A DNA stretch of 64,000 nucleotides, taken from NCBI GenBank assembly GCA_022793655.1, contig JAAWDG010000001.1, positions 59,252-123,251 on the forward strand, given 5' to 3'. Below the pieces are notes generated by a model. That model saw nothing but the letters and a program-made list of their open reading frames with translations, did not search any database and had not been told where the DNA came from. This DNA is from Clostridiales bacterium (GTDB taxonomy: Bacteria; Bacillota; Clostridia; Oscillospirales; CAG-272). Position numbers and translations under genes: made by a program. Shown here piece after piece: positions 1 to 9,126 of this stretch. Position 1 is the stretch's first letter; each line of letters starts with the position of its first letter.

Positions 1-86
1 ACCAAATCCGCGCTTTTATGGCGCAGGGTAGCGCCCCAAAACCGATTGTACATATTGATAATATGGTGGTGAATACCGAACAATAA
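1..86 (+). CDS. proB: 3' end of a glutamate 5-kinase-like gene (partial, runs off the window start)
   Basis: The open frame from position 3 ends at TAA 84-86 (...KPIVHIDNMVVNTEQ*). It lies directly upstream of proA, as in proBA operons. The C-terminal motif resembles the end of a ProB PUA domain. Confidence 0.5.
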   Translation, partial: QIRAFMAQGSAPKPIVHIDNMVVNTEQ

Positions 87-116
87 ATCAGATGGAGCGA
101 AAGGCGGAGAAAACCG

Positions 117-1358
117 ATGAATCAGATTGAACAAATGGGCGCGGCTTTGAAGCGAGCACAGCGAACCTTAGAGACGCTGGACGTAGCGCAGAAAAATGAA
201 GCGCTTTGTGCCATTGCCGCGCACTTAGAGGCAAACACAGAGTCCATCTTGACCGCGAACGCGAAAGATATGGCCGCCGGCCGTGAAAAGGGCATGAGCG
301 AGTCGCTGCTTGACCGGCTGCTGCTAACCAAAGAGCGGGTCTCGGCGATTGCCGATGGCGTGCGGCAGGTGGCGGAGCTGCCCGATCCTGTCGGGCAGAT
401 TATAGAGAGTTGGCAGACCGAAACGGGGCTGCGTATCGAAAAGGTGCGTGTGCCGATTGGCGTCATTGGTATGATTTACGAGGCGAGACCTAATGTCACG
501 GCTGACAGCGCGGCGCTTACGTTAAAAAGCGGCAACGCGGTCATGTTAAGGGGCAGTGCAAGCGCCCTGCAGTCGAATAAAATGATCACTGCGCTTATGA
601 AAGAAGCACTGGCGACAACCGCCGTGCCGGCCGATTGTATCGCATTGCTCGAAGATGTCACGCACGAGGGCGCCGAACAGATGATGCATTTGACCAAGTA
701 TCTAAGTGTGCTGATTCCCCGCGGGGGCGCCGGTTTGATTGCTAACGTAGTGCAAAACGCCAAGGTGCCTGTGATTGAAACGGGTGTGGGCAATTGTCAT
801 ATTTTTATTGACGAAAGCGCAAAGCCGGATATGGCGGCCGCGCTTACGCTGAATGCGAAAACCCAGCGTCCGTCGGTGTGCAACGCGGCCGAAACGCTGT
901 TAGTCGCACAAGGCTATGGCGAAAAAGAGGCGCTGCTTTCAGCGCTTGCCGATGCGGGCGTCACCCTGCATGGAGACCAAGCGGTGTGCGCGTTGTTCCC
1001 GGATGCCTTGCCGGCCGGTGAGACGGACTATGCCGAGGAATATCTTTCGCTGGATATTTGTGTAAAAATCGTGGCCGACGTCAAAGAGGCCGTCAGCCAT
1101 ATTGAGCGGTATGGCACCGGCCATACTGAATTAATTGTGACCGAAAATGCGGAGCATGCCGCCTATTTTATGAAAAATGTGGACGCGGCTTGCGTCAATC
1201 ACAATGCCTCTACCCGCTTTACCGACGGAGGGATGTTTGGTTTCGGCGCCGAGATTGGCATCTCCACTCAGAAAACGCATGCCAGAGGGCCGTTAGGACT
1301 AAGAGAACTGACCATTTATAAATATTTGGTGCATGGCGACGGGCAGATAAGACAATGA
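117..1358 (+). CDS. proA: gamma-glutamyl phosphate reductase
   Basis: 413-aa ORF with a full-length ProA-like sequence (aldehyde dehydrogenase fold, ...VCNAAETLLV..., ...HTELIVTEN...). RBS GGCGGAG upstream. Sits next to proC. Confidence 0.93.
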   Translation: MNQIEQMGAALKRAQRTLETLDVAQKNEALCAIAAHLEANTESILTANAKDMAAGREKGMSESLLDRLLLTKERVSAIADGVRQVAELPDPVGQIIESWQTETGLRIEKVRVPIGVIGMIYEARPNVTADSAALTLKSGNAVMLRGSASALQSNKMITALMKEALATTAVPADCIALLEDVTHEGAEQMMHLTKYLSVLIPRGGAGLIANVVQNAKVPVIETGVGNCHIFIDESAKPDMAAALTLNAKTQRPSVCNAAETLLVAQGYGEKEALLSALADAGVTLHGDQAVCALFPDALPAGETDYAEEYLSLDICVKIVADVKEAVSHIERYGTGHTELIVTENAEHAAYFMKNVDAACVNHNASTRFTDGGMFGFGAEIGISTQKTHARGPLGLRELTIYKYLVHGDGQIRQ

Positions 1359-1427
1359 GCGCGTGAGACGGCACGGACCGTCATCGCGCAGGATTCAATG
1401 CAGGATGGATAGCGAGGTACAGTGGAT

Positions 1428-2243
1428 ATGCTTAACAATCAACGTATTATTTTTCTCGGGGATGGCAACATGGCCGGGGCCATGATCCGCGGGATTGTGG
1501 AAAAAAAGATCATGGCGCCCGGACAGGTGAAGGTCTTGGGGCTTGCCGGCTCGCAAAAGGTGGAAGAACTGGTGGCGCAGTATGGCATTGGCGCCGGCCA
1601 AAAAGAGGATATCGCACAGGCGGACCTTATTTTCTTGGCCTTTAAACCGCAAGATTTAGCGTCGGCCATGGCCGATTACAGCCTCTATTTTAGAGAGGGG
1701 CAAACCATTCTTTCGATTTTGGCGGGTATATCTTGCCAGGCCATTGAAGCTTATGCCAATGGAGCGGCTGTGGTGCGCTTCATGCCGAATTTGGCCCTGT
1801 GCGTGGGTCTTTCCGCCACGGCCTTTTGCTTGGGGCGGGCGGCCGGAAATACGCAGGCCGATATTGCGAGGGCGCTGTTTGCGCCGCTTGGCGTGGTGGT
1901 GCAGGTAAACGAGAACCAAATGAGCGCGGTGACGGCGGTTTCTGGCTCAGGGCCGGCCTATTTCTATGCACTTACCGAGGCAATGGCCGCGGCGGCCGTA
2001 CGGGACGGCATGGACCCTGAAGCGGCCGAGCGCTTAGCGGTGCAGACCCTGATTGGTGCGGCCAAACTCATAGCCGATTCGGGTGTGGGGCCGGCTGTGA
2101 TGCGCGAGCGCATTACCTCAAAAGGCGGAACCACCGCCGCGGCGCTGGCGGCTATGGAGAAGGCTGGCTTTTATGAGACGGTTGAAAAAGGCTATATCGC
2201 TTGCCGTGACCGTTCGGACGAACTCGGCGGCATCAAAAAGTAA
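1428..2243 (+). CDS. proC: pyrroline-5-carboxylate reductase
   Basis: N-terminal Rossmann motif IIFLGDGNMAGAM and a ProC-like C-terminus (SKGGTTAAAL). The track start at 1422 is GTG. ATG 1428 is better spaced from the GAGGTA RBS. Confidence 0.88.
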   Translation: MLNNQRIIFLGDGNMAGAMIRGIVEKKIMAPGQVKVLGLAGSQKVEELVAQYGIGAGQKEDIAQADLIFLAFKPQDLASAMADYSLYFREGQTILSILAGISCQAIEAYANGAAVVRFMPNLALCVGLSATAFCLGRAAGNTQADIARALFAPLGVVVQVNENQMSAVTAVSGSGPAYFYALTEAMAAAAVRDGMDPEAAERLAVQTLIGAAKLIADSGVGPAVMRERITSKGGTTAAALAAMEKAGFYETVEKGYIACRDRSDELGGIKK

Positions 2244-2387
2244 TCATAACAATTTTATTTTTCACAGTTTACGTACATACCATAACCGGTTAACCAATAA
2301 AAGCAAGCGGGCTTGTCTTTTGGCCATGGCGCCAAGCTTTTGGTGAGCCAGATTACATATACAATCAATCGAAAAGGAGAGACTTTA

Positions 2388-4745
2388 ATGAAACGAATTA
2401 CGCCAATACTTCTTGCGTTTGTCATGGCACTGAGTCTTGTGTGCATGATTCCTGTGCAGGCAGAAGAGATTGTAAACGCTGCCGGCTACAGCTATACGGT
2501 GACTCCTATTCTTTCGCCTTATGCCTATTATCTGTATGTGCAAACGGATAATCCCGACCCGAGCAGTTTTCGCTTGTTAGACGAAAGCAGTGAATTTTTT
2601 ACAGCAGAGGATAAGGGGGAGATCCGCTTGCCTACAAGCGGTAACAGCTATTCGATCAAGTATGTGGCTCCCGGTACCTATTACAATAGCCCCCTGCGTT
2701 ATAAAGACGTAGCTTATGAAGACGAGACCACCGGCCGGGTGGCCGGCGGGTATATTTTTTTAGCAAGCAGATTCTTTTCGGACGGCGGCCAATTAACCCT
2801 TTTACAGAAAACAAGCAGCGGCAGTTCGATTTTAGGGGATGAATTTGAGAAGACCACGGTCAAAATCGCTTGCCCGAAGCTCGAGACCCTATACAGCTAT
2901 TTAGTCGACACTTGCACGACAGCGCAAATGAGCTTTTTTGATAAATTAGACGCTGTGCAAAGCTACCTGAATCAGACCGCGGTATACCCGAACAGTGTTT
3001 TTGACGTCGATCGGCCAAGCGAGGACTATCCCTATCCCCTCTTAGCCAGCTCACCCTATCCGGAGTTGGTTCTGAACGAGCATTACAATATGTACGAAAC
3101 TTCGCCAGACGGGATTTTGCTCGCTCAGGCATATCCTTTTGTTTTAGATTCGGCCAGTTTCCCCGGAACCATGCGCACCGTTGCCAAAATGTTGGAGCCG
3201 ACCTGTGAAATCAGCGCCGGCGGTACCCATGCCTATAGCACGATTACCTTTCAAGGCCAATCCAAGACCTACGGCGGTGCAGGAGAAGGCGGCTATACGC
3301 CTTTGCGTTCCGATAAGGCGGGTAAGTTGTTCACCTTTCGGCAGGATTCCGAGATGAACCTTGGCAGCACAGTCGAGGACTATTACGCCAAGCTGATGAG
3401 TTATAAGACGCTTGCCAATCAAGACATGAAGGAATATAAAGATCAGATTGTGGGTGAGACCTATCGCCAAACGATCAAGAATACCGGCGGCACCTGGATT
3501 CGGATTGGCGCGGAGGGCGGCTTTGGTTTCGGCCAAACTTTTGGCTATGCGGTTCCGCTTGGCAACCTTGTGAGAATTGCGTCTGACGCCTGGGTCGACG
3601 GCCGGTATATTAACCGCTATGAGCGGGTTGAACTGAATGCGGACTTTGAGAGCCATCCTAAGGCGAGTATTATTAAACATAATGTGACTTACACAGACCG
3701 TGACGGCGAGAGCCACACCCAGGATGTCATTTATTCCTATAATCCGACCGACGATAACTGGACAGCCCCCAATTTTTATACCAATAGTTATTGGTCTGCC
3801 GACGGGCTTGAGTTGCCGCCCGAACTGATTCTCAGCCGGCAAGAGGCAGAAGCGCTCGTAAAAGGCACAGACGGTTCACGCATACCGGAATCGGGACTTG
3901 TGTACGACGGCACAGAGCCGCCGGGAACCCCCTTTACCACGACGTATGTAACCGGCATCGAACTGCCCGAATCTGCCACGGTGGAACTCAAGGGGAATGC
4001 GACTCTTACCGCGACGGTAAATCCCGCTGATGCGTTTGACGGCTGGGTGAAATGGACTTCTTCAAATCCCGAGGTTGTTACGGTTTATGCAACCATTGAT
4101 TCTCAAAAGGCAACCCTTACCGGCAAGTCCGAAGGGACGGCCGTGATTACGGCGACGACAGCCGACGGTGGCTTTACGGCCTCCTGCGAGGTGACCGTTG
4201 TTCCGGCGCCAAAACCGATCTTTTTCATAGACGTTCCCTCTGGCGAATATTTTGCTGCCCCGGTCAAATGGGCGGTGGCAAACGAAATCGTATTCGGCAC
4301 TTCTGCGAACACATTCAGCCCGAATGATGGCTGCACCCGCGCACAGGCCGTGGCCTTCTTGTGGCGGGCGGCCGGAAAGCCGCAGCCCGAGACAACCGTG
4401 AATCCCTTTACGGATATCTCTGTCGACGATTACTATTATAGCGCCGTGCTTTGGGCGGTGGAAAAGGGTATTACCTACGGCACGTCCAGCACGATTTTCA
4501 GCCCCGATGAGACTTGTACCAGGGGTCAGATTGTGTCTTTCTTATACCGGAGGGTCGGCCGCCCCGCGGTAAGTATCAACAACAACTTTGCCGATGCTAA
4601 GACAGGCTATTTTAAAGAGGCCGTCCAATGGGCCGTAGACAATGATATTACGTATGGCACGTCAAATACTGCTTTTAGTCCTGACGAGACCTGTACCAGA
4701 GGACAAATTGTATCCTTCTTATACCGCAGCATGGTGAAAAGTTAA
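2388..4745 (+). CDS. secreted cell-wall-associated protein with a Big_2-like domain and three C-terminal SLH repeats
   Basis: AAGGAGAG RBS precedes ATG 2388. Signal peptide MKRITPILLAFVMALSLVCMIPVQAEE. An Ig-like segment (ATLTATVNPADA...SSNPEVVTV). Three repeats of the type FxDV...YYxxAVxWAVxxxITxGTSxxxFSPDxxCTRGQxVxFLYR. Confidence 0.85.
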   Translation: MKRITPILLAFVMALSLVCMIPVQAEEIVNAAGYSYTVTPILSPYAYYLYVQTDNPDPSSFRLLDESSEFFTAEDKGEIRLPTSGNSYSIKYVAPGTYYNSPLRYKDVAYEDETTGRVAGGYIFLASRFFSDGGQLTLLQKTSSGSSILGDEFEKTTVKIACPKLETLYSYLVDTCTTAQMSFFDKLDAVQSYLNQTAVYPNSVFDVDRPSEDYPYPLLASSPYPELVLNEHYNMYETSPDGILLAQAYPFVLDSASFPGTMRTVAKMLEPTCEISAGGTHAYSTITFQGQSKTYGGAGEGGYTPLRSDKAGKLFTFRQDSEMNLGSTVEDYYAKLMSYKTLANQDMKEYKDQIVGETYRQTIKNTGGTWIRIGAEGGFGFGQTFGYAVPLGNLVRIASDAWVDGRYINRYERVELNADFESHPKASIIKHNVTYTDRDGESHTQDVIYSYNPTDDNWTAPNFYTNSYWSADGLELPPELILSRQEAEALVKGTDGSRIPESGLVYDGTEPPGTPFTTTYVTGIELPESATVELKGNATLTATVNPADAFDGWVKWTSSNPEVVTVYATIDSQKATLTGKSEGTAVITATTADGGFTASCEVTVVPAPKPIFFIDVPSGEYFAAPVKWAVANEIVFGTSANTFSPNDGCTRAQAVAFLWRAAGKPQPETTVNPFTDISVDDYYYSAVLWAVEKGITYGTSSTIFSPDETCTRGQIVSFLYRRVGRPAVSINNNFADAKTGYFKEAVQWAVDNDITYGTSNTAFSPDETCTRGQIVSFLYRSMVKS

Positions 4746-4756
4746 CGAGTAAAAAA

Positions 4757-4790
4757 ACAGCGTGAAAAGCAGAAAAGCTTTTTACGCTGT
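4757..4790. terminator. bidirectional hairpin terminator between convergent genes
   Basis: acagcgtgaaaagc / gctttttacgctgt stem (one mismatch) with loop agaaaa. An A-run lies upstream and a T-rich run downstream. Confidence 0.6.
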
Positions 4791-4816
4791 CTTTCTTTAT
4801 ATAAAGGGGCAAGGGG

Positions 4817-5404
4817 TTATTCTTCACGGAATAATTGTTCGGCATTTTTCCAATCAATTTGTGGTTTGTTTTGTTCGCGATTGTTTAGCACCTTGCTTTG
4901 CCTGATCTTTAAGTTGACGATATTAAATACAAGGCAGGCCGCAGCCGCAAGAACACTGGCGCCGATCATTCCATAAATGGCATTCATGGTTATATATTCA
5001 AAATCGGGTTGGTAATGGGCAATGAAGGCCACAATGGTTATGATCGCCCCGACGAAGAAAACGATGAGAGGCAGCTCAAACAAGTTCTTTTTTAGGCCGC
5101 TCACGCTCCAGCTCTGTCTTGCTTTGCAATGGGGACAGACATCCTTAAATTCAGGGCTGTAAATTTCTTTTTCGGTTGCATTCTGATAGACTTCTTTTAC
5201 CTTGTTGACTAATTTTTGATGTGCTTCTGCACACAATTTTTGATTTCTCTCTTCTTTAATCGTTTTAAAATTGCTGTTGTAGACGGCTTTATCGCCCACA
5301 ATATGCGCATGTAAAGGACCGCTCCCGGCGCCGCATTGTTCACATTTGAAGGTATACGGAATATCGATATCTTCGCTTCGTGTATGTTTGTAATAAACCG
5401 ACAT
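4817..5404 (-). CDS. hypothetical zinc-ribbon membrane protein
   Basis: GGAGG RBS. Paired CxxC motifs (CEQCG...CPHCK) are followed by two hydrophobic helices. No family recognised. Confidence 0.7.
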   Translation of the reverse strand: MSVYYKHTRSEDIDIPYTFKCEQCGAGSGPLHAHIVGDKAVYNSNFKTIKEERNQKLCAEAHQKLVNKVKEVYQNATEKEIYSPEFKDVCPHCKARQSWSVSGLKKNLFELPLIVFFVGAIITIVAFIAHYQPDFEYITMNAIYGMIGASVLAAAACLVFNIVNLKIRQSKVLNNREQNKPQIDWKNAEQLFREE

Positions 5405-5582
5405 GATTGATTCCTCCTAAAAACATTCTTTTCCATTTAATTTTATATGATATCATACGCTGTTTTCTTTGTCAAGAAAGGCGGCGGTCGCCTCGTCTTT
5501 GTAAAAATGAAACCGCCGTCCACCCTCACAGAGCAGGCGGTTTAAAAGGCATTTGCTCGCATGGCGGTCTGCACGACAGCCC

Positions 5583-6356
5583 TTATTCATTCTCTAACAG
5601 GGCCTGCATTCTTTTTTGCGGCACCGAGGTGAGTTGCACCCAGCTTGGCTTAAAGCCCGCACGAATCGCGTTGCGGGCCGAGGCCACATTGGACCAGGCG
5701 CAGCAGTAAAAGGGAACTTTGCCCATGCCTACAATTTCGAGGGCCAAACGAGCCGTCAGGGCGCTGGCTATCCCTTGTCTGCGATAGGCGGGCAGCACAT
5801 CAATGCCGATTTGCCACATGGAATCACAGTCGGCCGAGGCACCGGCAAGGCCAATGAGGGTATCGCCGTCATACGCGGCCGCCGCGATGCGGTCGTACTG
5901 TTTTCGGTTTTCACAAAGCGCGTTTGTCCAGTCCTCGGTGTAAAGCGGGGCGAACGCCTCCGGTCCTAAAATACGTATCGGATACCGGCAGTCTATGGGG
6001 GATAATTTGGTGAGATCGGGCAGAAAATATTCGGCCATAAAGCAGGGGGCCGCGCCGTATTTTTCAAATTCTTTGGTCAGCAGATGGATGGCCGGCGTCT
6101 CAAAGGCGCGATAAGCAGGAAAACGGCGGCAATAATCGGTGATAAAATCCATGATTCTTTCATCTACCGAGGCAACAAGGCCGGTGCCATAGGTGGCTAA
6201 ATCACAGAAAAAGGGGAGTTCTAAATAATGTCTGGCTCCCTCGCTTGGCTTGGAGGGGAGGATGGTGACGCCGCCCGAGCGGAAATCCTCCGGCTGGCAG
6301 TTTGAATCAATGGCCGATTGGGCCATGGCAATTTGTAAAATGTCAGCATTGGTCAT
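5583..6356 (-). CDS. GNAT-family N-acetyltransfer-like protein
   Basis: The C-terminal segment VLPAYRRQGIASALTARLALEIV matches the GNAT acetyl-CoA binding motif (Q/RxxGxA). GGAG RBS. Confidence 0.75.
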   Translation of the reverse strand: MTNADILQIAMAQSAIDSNCQPEDFRSGGVTILPSKPSEGARHYLELPFFCDLATYGTGLVASVDERIMDFITDYCRRFPAYRAFETPAIHLLTKEFEKYGAAPCFMAEYFLPDLTKLSPIDCRYPIRILGPEAFAPLYTEDWTNALCENRKQYDRIAAAAYDGDTLIGLAGASADCDSMWQIGIDVLPAYRRQGIASALTARLALEIVGMGKVPFYCCAWSNVASARNAIRAGFKPSWVQLTSVPQKRMQALLENE

Positions 6357-6386
6357 AGCTTGGCTCCATTCTTTTGACGGGATTTT

Positions 6387-6818
6387 TTAAAGGCTCATGA
6401 TGCCAAAGGCAATCAGGGGACTGGCGTAGATGGCGATGTAGATCAGCGTGATCCACGGCTGGTATTCCACATAAAACTGCTTAAAGGTTAAAGACCATGG
6501 ATGTTTGATAACAACCCAGCCGAAAATGTCGATGATGAGTGTGGCCGTGCCCCAAATAAGGGCCGTGCCCAGGGCGCTCTGCCAAGTGGCGGCGCTAAGG
6601 CCGGACAAATATAAATAAGCAAAAAAGGGGAAAACGAGCAAATTGTAAAGGGGGTGCCACGGTTTTGTTTTTTCATAGCCCTCACCCATGCCGGGGCCTT
6701 CTTTCATGCTTTTCATATGCAGCACCAAAATGTTAAAGAGGGTATGCAAAATGCCGATTACTGTCACGACGCTATAGGCCGCAAGATACCATAACAATAA
6801 AAGATGAAGATTTTCCAC
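6387..6818 (-). CDS. hypothetical integral membrane protein
   Basis: Four or five hydrophobic helices. The track start at 6908 has no RBS. In-frame GTG 6818 is preceded by GGAAAGGA. The start is uncertain. Confidence 0.55.
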   Translation of the reverse strand: MENLHLLLLWYLAAYSVVTVIGILHTLFNILVLHMKSMKEGPGMGEGYEKTKPWHPLYNLLVFPFFAYLYLSGLSAATWQSALGTALIWGTATLIIDIFGWVVIKHPWSLTFKQFYVEYQPWITLIYIAIYASPLIAFGIMSL

Positions 6819-7059
6819 TTGGATATTCCTTTCCGCTAAAAAGTAGTTTGTATGATTAACTATACCATAAACAAGGCGTTTAGGCAAGGAGGGGGGAGCC
6901 GCAAACACGGCTTTGCTGTGTCTGCGGGTTTTTAACCTGCGCCCTTTTAGAACGTATAGAAAGTATCATCATGTTTAGTTTTTTTCTTTCAGCAGGGGGG
7001 TAACTCTGCGACCCTGCAACACTATTTAAAGTTACAATGAAATATAATTTTATCTATAT

Positions 7060-7532
7060 GCGGGGGTTCCAACCCCCACACCCCCTGCAACTCAAGTTAA
7101 CCTTTCGGTTAACTTGGAAAAAAGTTTGATCAAAAACCACAAGTTAATCTTCGATTAACTTGGCACGGCTAAATTGACCATACGGTCAATTTGCCTATGC
7201 CACAACGTGTAGCGAAAGTCGTTTGAAACAAAGCAAAGAACCCGCCAGAAAGTAAACAAAAAATCAAAAAAACCGCCCTTTTGTTTCTCAAAAGAAACAA
7301 AATGAGACAAGCGCACAGAGTTACCGCTTATTTCGCCTTAGTCCCTTGTCGTTATCAGAATTGAAAATTTGGGGATTTTTGTGAATGTTGGTACGAGTTG
7401 CTCACTAATTTACTAACAAGTTTTTGTTCATTTGGTGCGTGAGCGAATTGCTCGACTGAGCAATTTGCGTGGCGTGGTTTTGCCCCACTTTTGCGCAAAA
7501 GTGGGTGGGGGTGCGGGGGTGAAACCCTCGCA
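7060..7532 (+). repeat. MITE-like element, copy A-left
   Basis: Bounded by GC-rich terminal inverted repeats (GCGGGGGTTCCAACCCCCACACCCCC ... GGGTGGGGGTGCGGGGGTGAAACCCTCGCA). The interior is a chain of short palindromes (aagttaaccNNNNggttaactt, ttgaccatacggtcaa, tgtttctcaaaagaaaca). Homologous to 29237-29670. Confidence 0.75.
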
Positions 7533-7610
7533 TAAAGATAAAGCATAAAGATAAGACAAAACCCTTGTTGAAACGTAGATGTTATCATACAATTATAGTT
7601 TTTTCTTTCA

Positions 7611-8046
7611 GCAGGGGTTCCACCCCTGCGACCCCGCACGCTTTTAGAAAAAAGCGCGGCAAAACTCGGCGAGGGCAATTGACTATACAGTCAATTGCCC
7701 TATGCCTCAAAGTAATCAAAAAACTTGTTAGGAAATTAGCGAGCGGCTCTCCAGATTGTTTTATAACAAAACCAAGTTTTATGCCCCACTAACGACAAGG
7801 GACTAAGGCAAAGTGAACGGAAAGGCCATTGAAAACCTTTTCTCATTATGTTTCCTTTGAGAAACATAGGGGGGCAGCATTTTTGATTTTTCGTTTACTT
7901 TGTGGTGGGTTCTTTGTTTTGTCTCAAACGACTTTCACTACACGTTGCGGCATAGGCAAATTGACCGCATGGTCAATTTAGCCGTGCCAAGTTTTGCCCC
8001 GCTTTTTTCCAAAAGCGGGTGGGGGTGCGGGGGTGAAACCCTCGCA
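7611..8046 (-). repeat. MITE-like element, copy A-right (inverted relative to A-left)
   Basis: The interior is the reverse complement of 7060-7532, with the same TIR type at both ends. Collinear with 34328-34778. Confidence 0.75.
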
Positions 8047-8117
8047 TAAAGATAAAGACTATACTTATCGTAACTTTTCATCGTGCAGCAATGCCGCAAT
8101 AAATAAAAACATTCTGA

Positions 8118-8366
8118 TTATCCTTGGAAGTCTTTTTTGCAAATTTTTGTAATACGCAGAAGAAAAAAAGCCATATAATCTTTTTTCTCCCATGCGATTC
8201 TCTCGTGCTTTTCAAGTTTTTCGTCGGTCATGTCAGAATCTTTGCACATATCAATGACAAAATCCAAGTTGTCTATAATCCAGCAGATAGCCCATTGTGC
8301 CCCTTCCGGCATGTTTTTTATTTCTTTTTCCAGTTTGATTAATTCTTCATTTTCGTTTTTTTCCAT
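8118..8366 (-). CDS. hypothetical 82-aa protein, paralog 1
   Basis: GGAGG RBS precedes MEKNENEELIKLEKEIKNMPEGAQW.... A near-identical copy lies at 34869-35117. The track start at 8408 has no RBS. Confidence 0.7.
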   Translation of the reverse strand: MEKNENEELIKLEKEIKNMPEGAQWAICWIIDNLDFVIDMCKDSDMTDEKLEKHERIAWEKKDYMAFFLLRITKICKKDFQG

Positions 8367-8495
8367 CTTTATACCTCCATATTTTTTACATTGCCGATGT
8401 TTATACATTCACCTCTTATATTCATATTTTAATACAACATACATCTTTTGATAAGATATCTATAGTGTTTATTTATCAACACTATAGATACGATC

Positions 8496-8576
8496 CGCAC
8501 CTACCATGGCGACATCGAAAAGGTCAAAGCCTCCTCCGCCTTCAAAACACTCTTTGCCGGCATACGCAAAGTGTAA
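8496..8576 (+). pseudogene. 3'-terminal fragment (about 26 codons) of a paralog of the 146-aa gene at 27886-28326
   Basis: Translates to RTYHGDIEKVKASSAFKTLFAGIRKV*. The intact gene ends ...VRTYHGDIEKVKASPTFKTLLAGIRKV*. No upstream coding continuation. Confidence 0.75.
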
Positions 8577-8627
8577 AATCCTACAAAGTCCCCTGACAGC
8601 CAGCGCGGCTGCAGGGGACTCTTTATA

Positions 8628-8656
8628 TTGAAGTCAACTTAATTTTATGATATAAT
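8628..8656 (+). promoter_or_regulatory. sigma-70-type promoter (TTGAAG-17 nt-TATAAT) upstream of lrgAB
   Basis: -35 at 8628-8633 and -10 at 8651-8656 with a 17-nt spacer. It directly follows the hairpin agtcccctg...caggggact (8587-8620). The same cassette occurs at 35446-35474 and 27805-27833(-). Confidence 0.6.
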
Positions 8657-8760
8657 AGAACAAATCTAAGTTTTGTTTCCAAAGTTTATCTTGTCACCCC
8701 TTGACGGGGACAAGTCAATCTTTTTAAGACGGCGTTATCAAGAAAGGACCTGCTGCCTCC

Positions 8761-9126
8761 ATGAAGATCATTAAATCGCTTGCTATTATTTTTTTAGTGT
8801 CTTTTTTGGGCGAGGCGCTGCATGTGCTTCTTCCCTTTCTGCCTATACCGGCCTCTATCTATGGTTTGGTCATTATGCTGGCCGGACTTCTTTCGGGGGC
8901 TATTAAGTTAGAAAGCGTGCAAAAAACAGCCGGGTGGCTGATTGCTTTTATGCCGCTGATGTTTATTGGCCCTTCGGTGCAGCTGATGGTTTCGCTGCGG
9001 GGGCAGGGGACCTTTATTCCCGCCTTTGTAATTATCTCCATTGTGTCAACCATCGTCGTGATGGCGGTGACGGGCATGGTGTGCCAGGCGCTGATTCGCA
9101 AAAGGGGGGAGGGGCCGCATGATTGA
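8761..9126 (+). CDS. lrgA: CidA/LrgA-family holin-like membrane protein
   Basis: 121 aa with four TM helices and the LPIPASIYGLV motif. The stop overlaps the start of the LrgB-like gene. Confidence 0.85.
   Translation: MKIIKSLAIIFLVSFLGEALHVLLPFLPIPASIYGLVIMLAGLLSGAIKLESVQKTAGWLIAFMPLMFIGPSVQLMVSLRGQGTFIPAFVIISIVSTIVVMAVTGMVCQALIRKRGEGPHD

Noticed and set aside
122-1124. Antisense ORFs inside proA (122-466, 476-793, 939-1124). Many similar antisense or off-frame ORFs occur inside other long genes (for example 3144-3842, 21563-21964, 26988-27509, 36943-37356, 56571-57023, 57732-58205).
   Set aside because: They lie entirely within well-supported genes on the opposite strand or in another frame. 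They have no RBS, and their Arg/Ala/Pro/Ser-rich composition is typical of GC-rich antisense frames.
7355-7792. ORFs 7355-7678(-) and 7565-7792(+). Analogous ORFs lie at 24587-24862, 34436-34966 and 34115-34300.
   Set aside because: They fall inside MITE-like or hairpin repeat units. The frames are not conserved between repeat copies and there is no RBS.
6950-8060. Possible CRISPR array suggested by the recurring 'agttttttctttcagcagggg' and 'gggtgggggtgcgggggtgaaaccctcgc' units.
   Set aside because: The units are not regularly spaced. The sequences between them are homologous between loci and internally palindromic, so they are not unique spacers. No cas genes are present.
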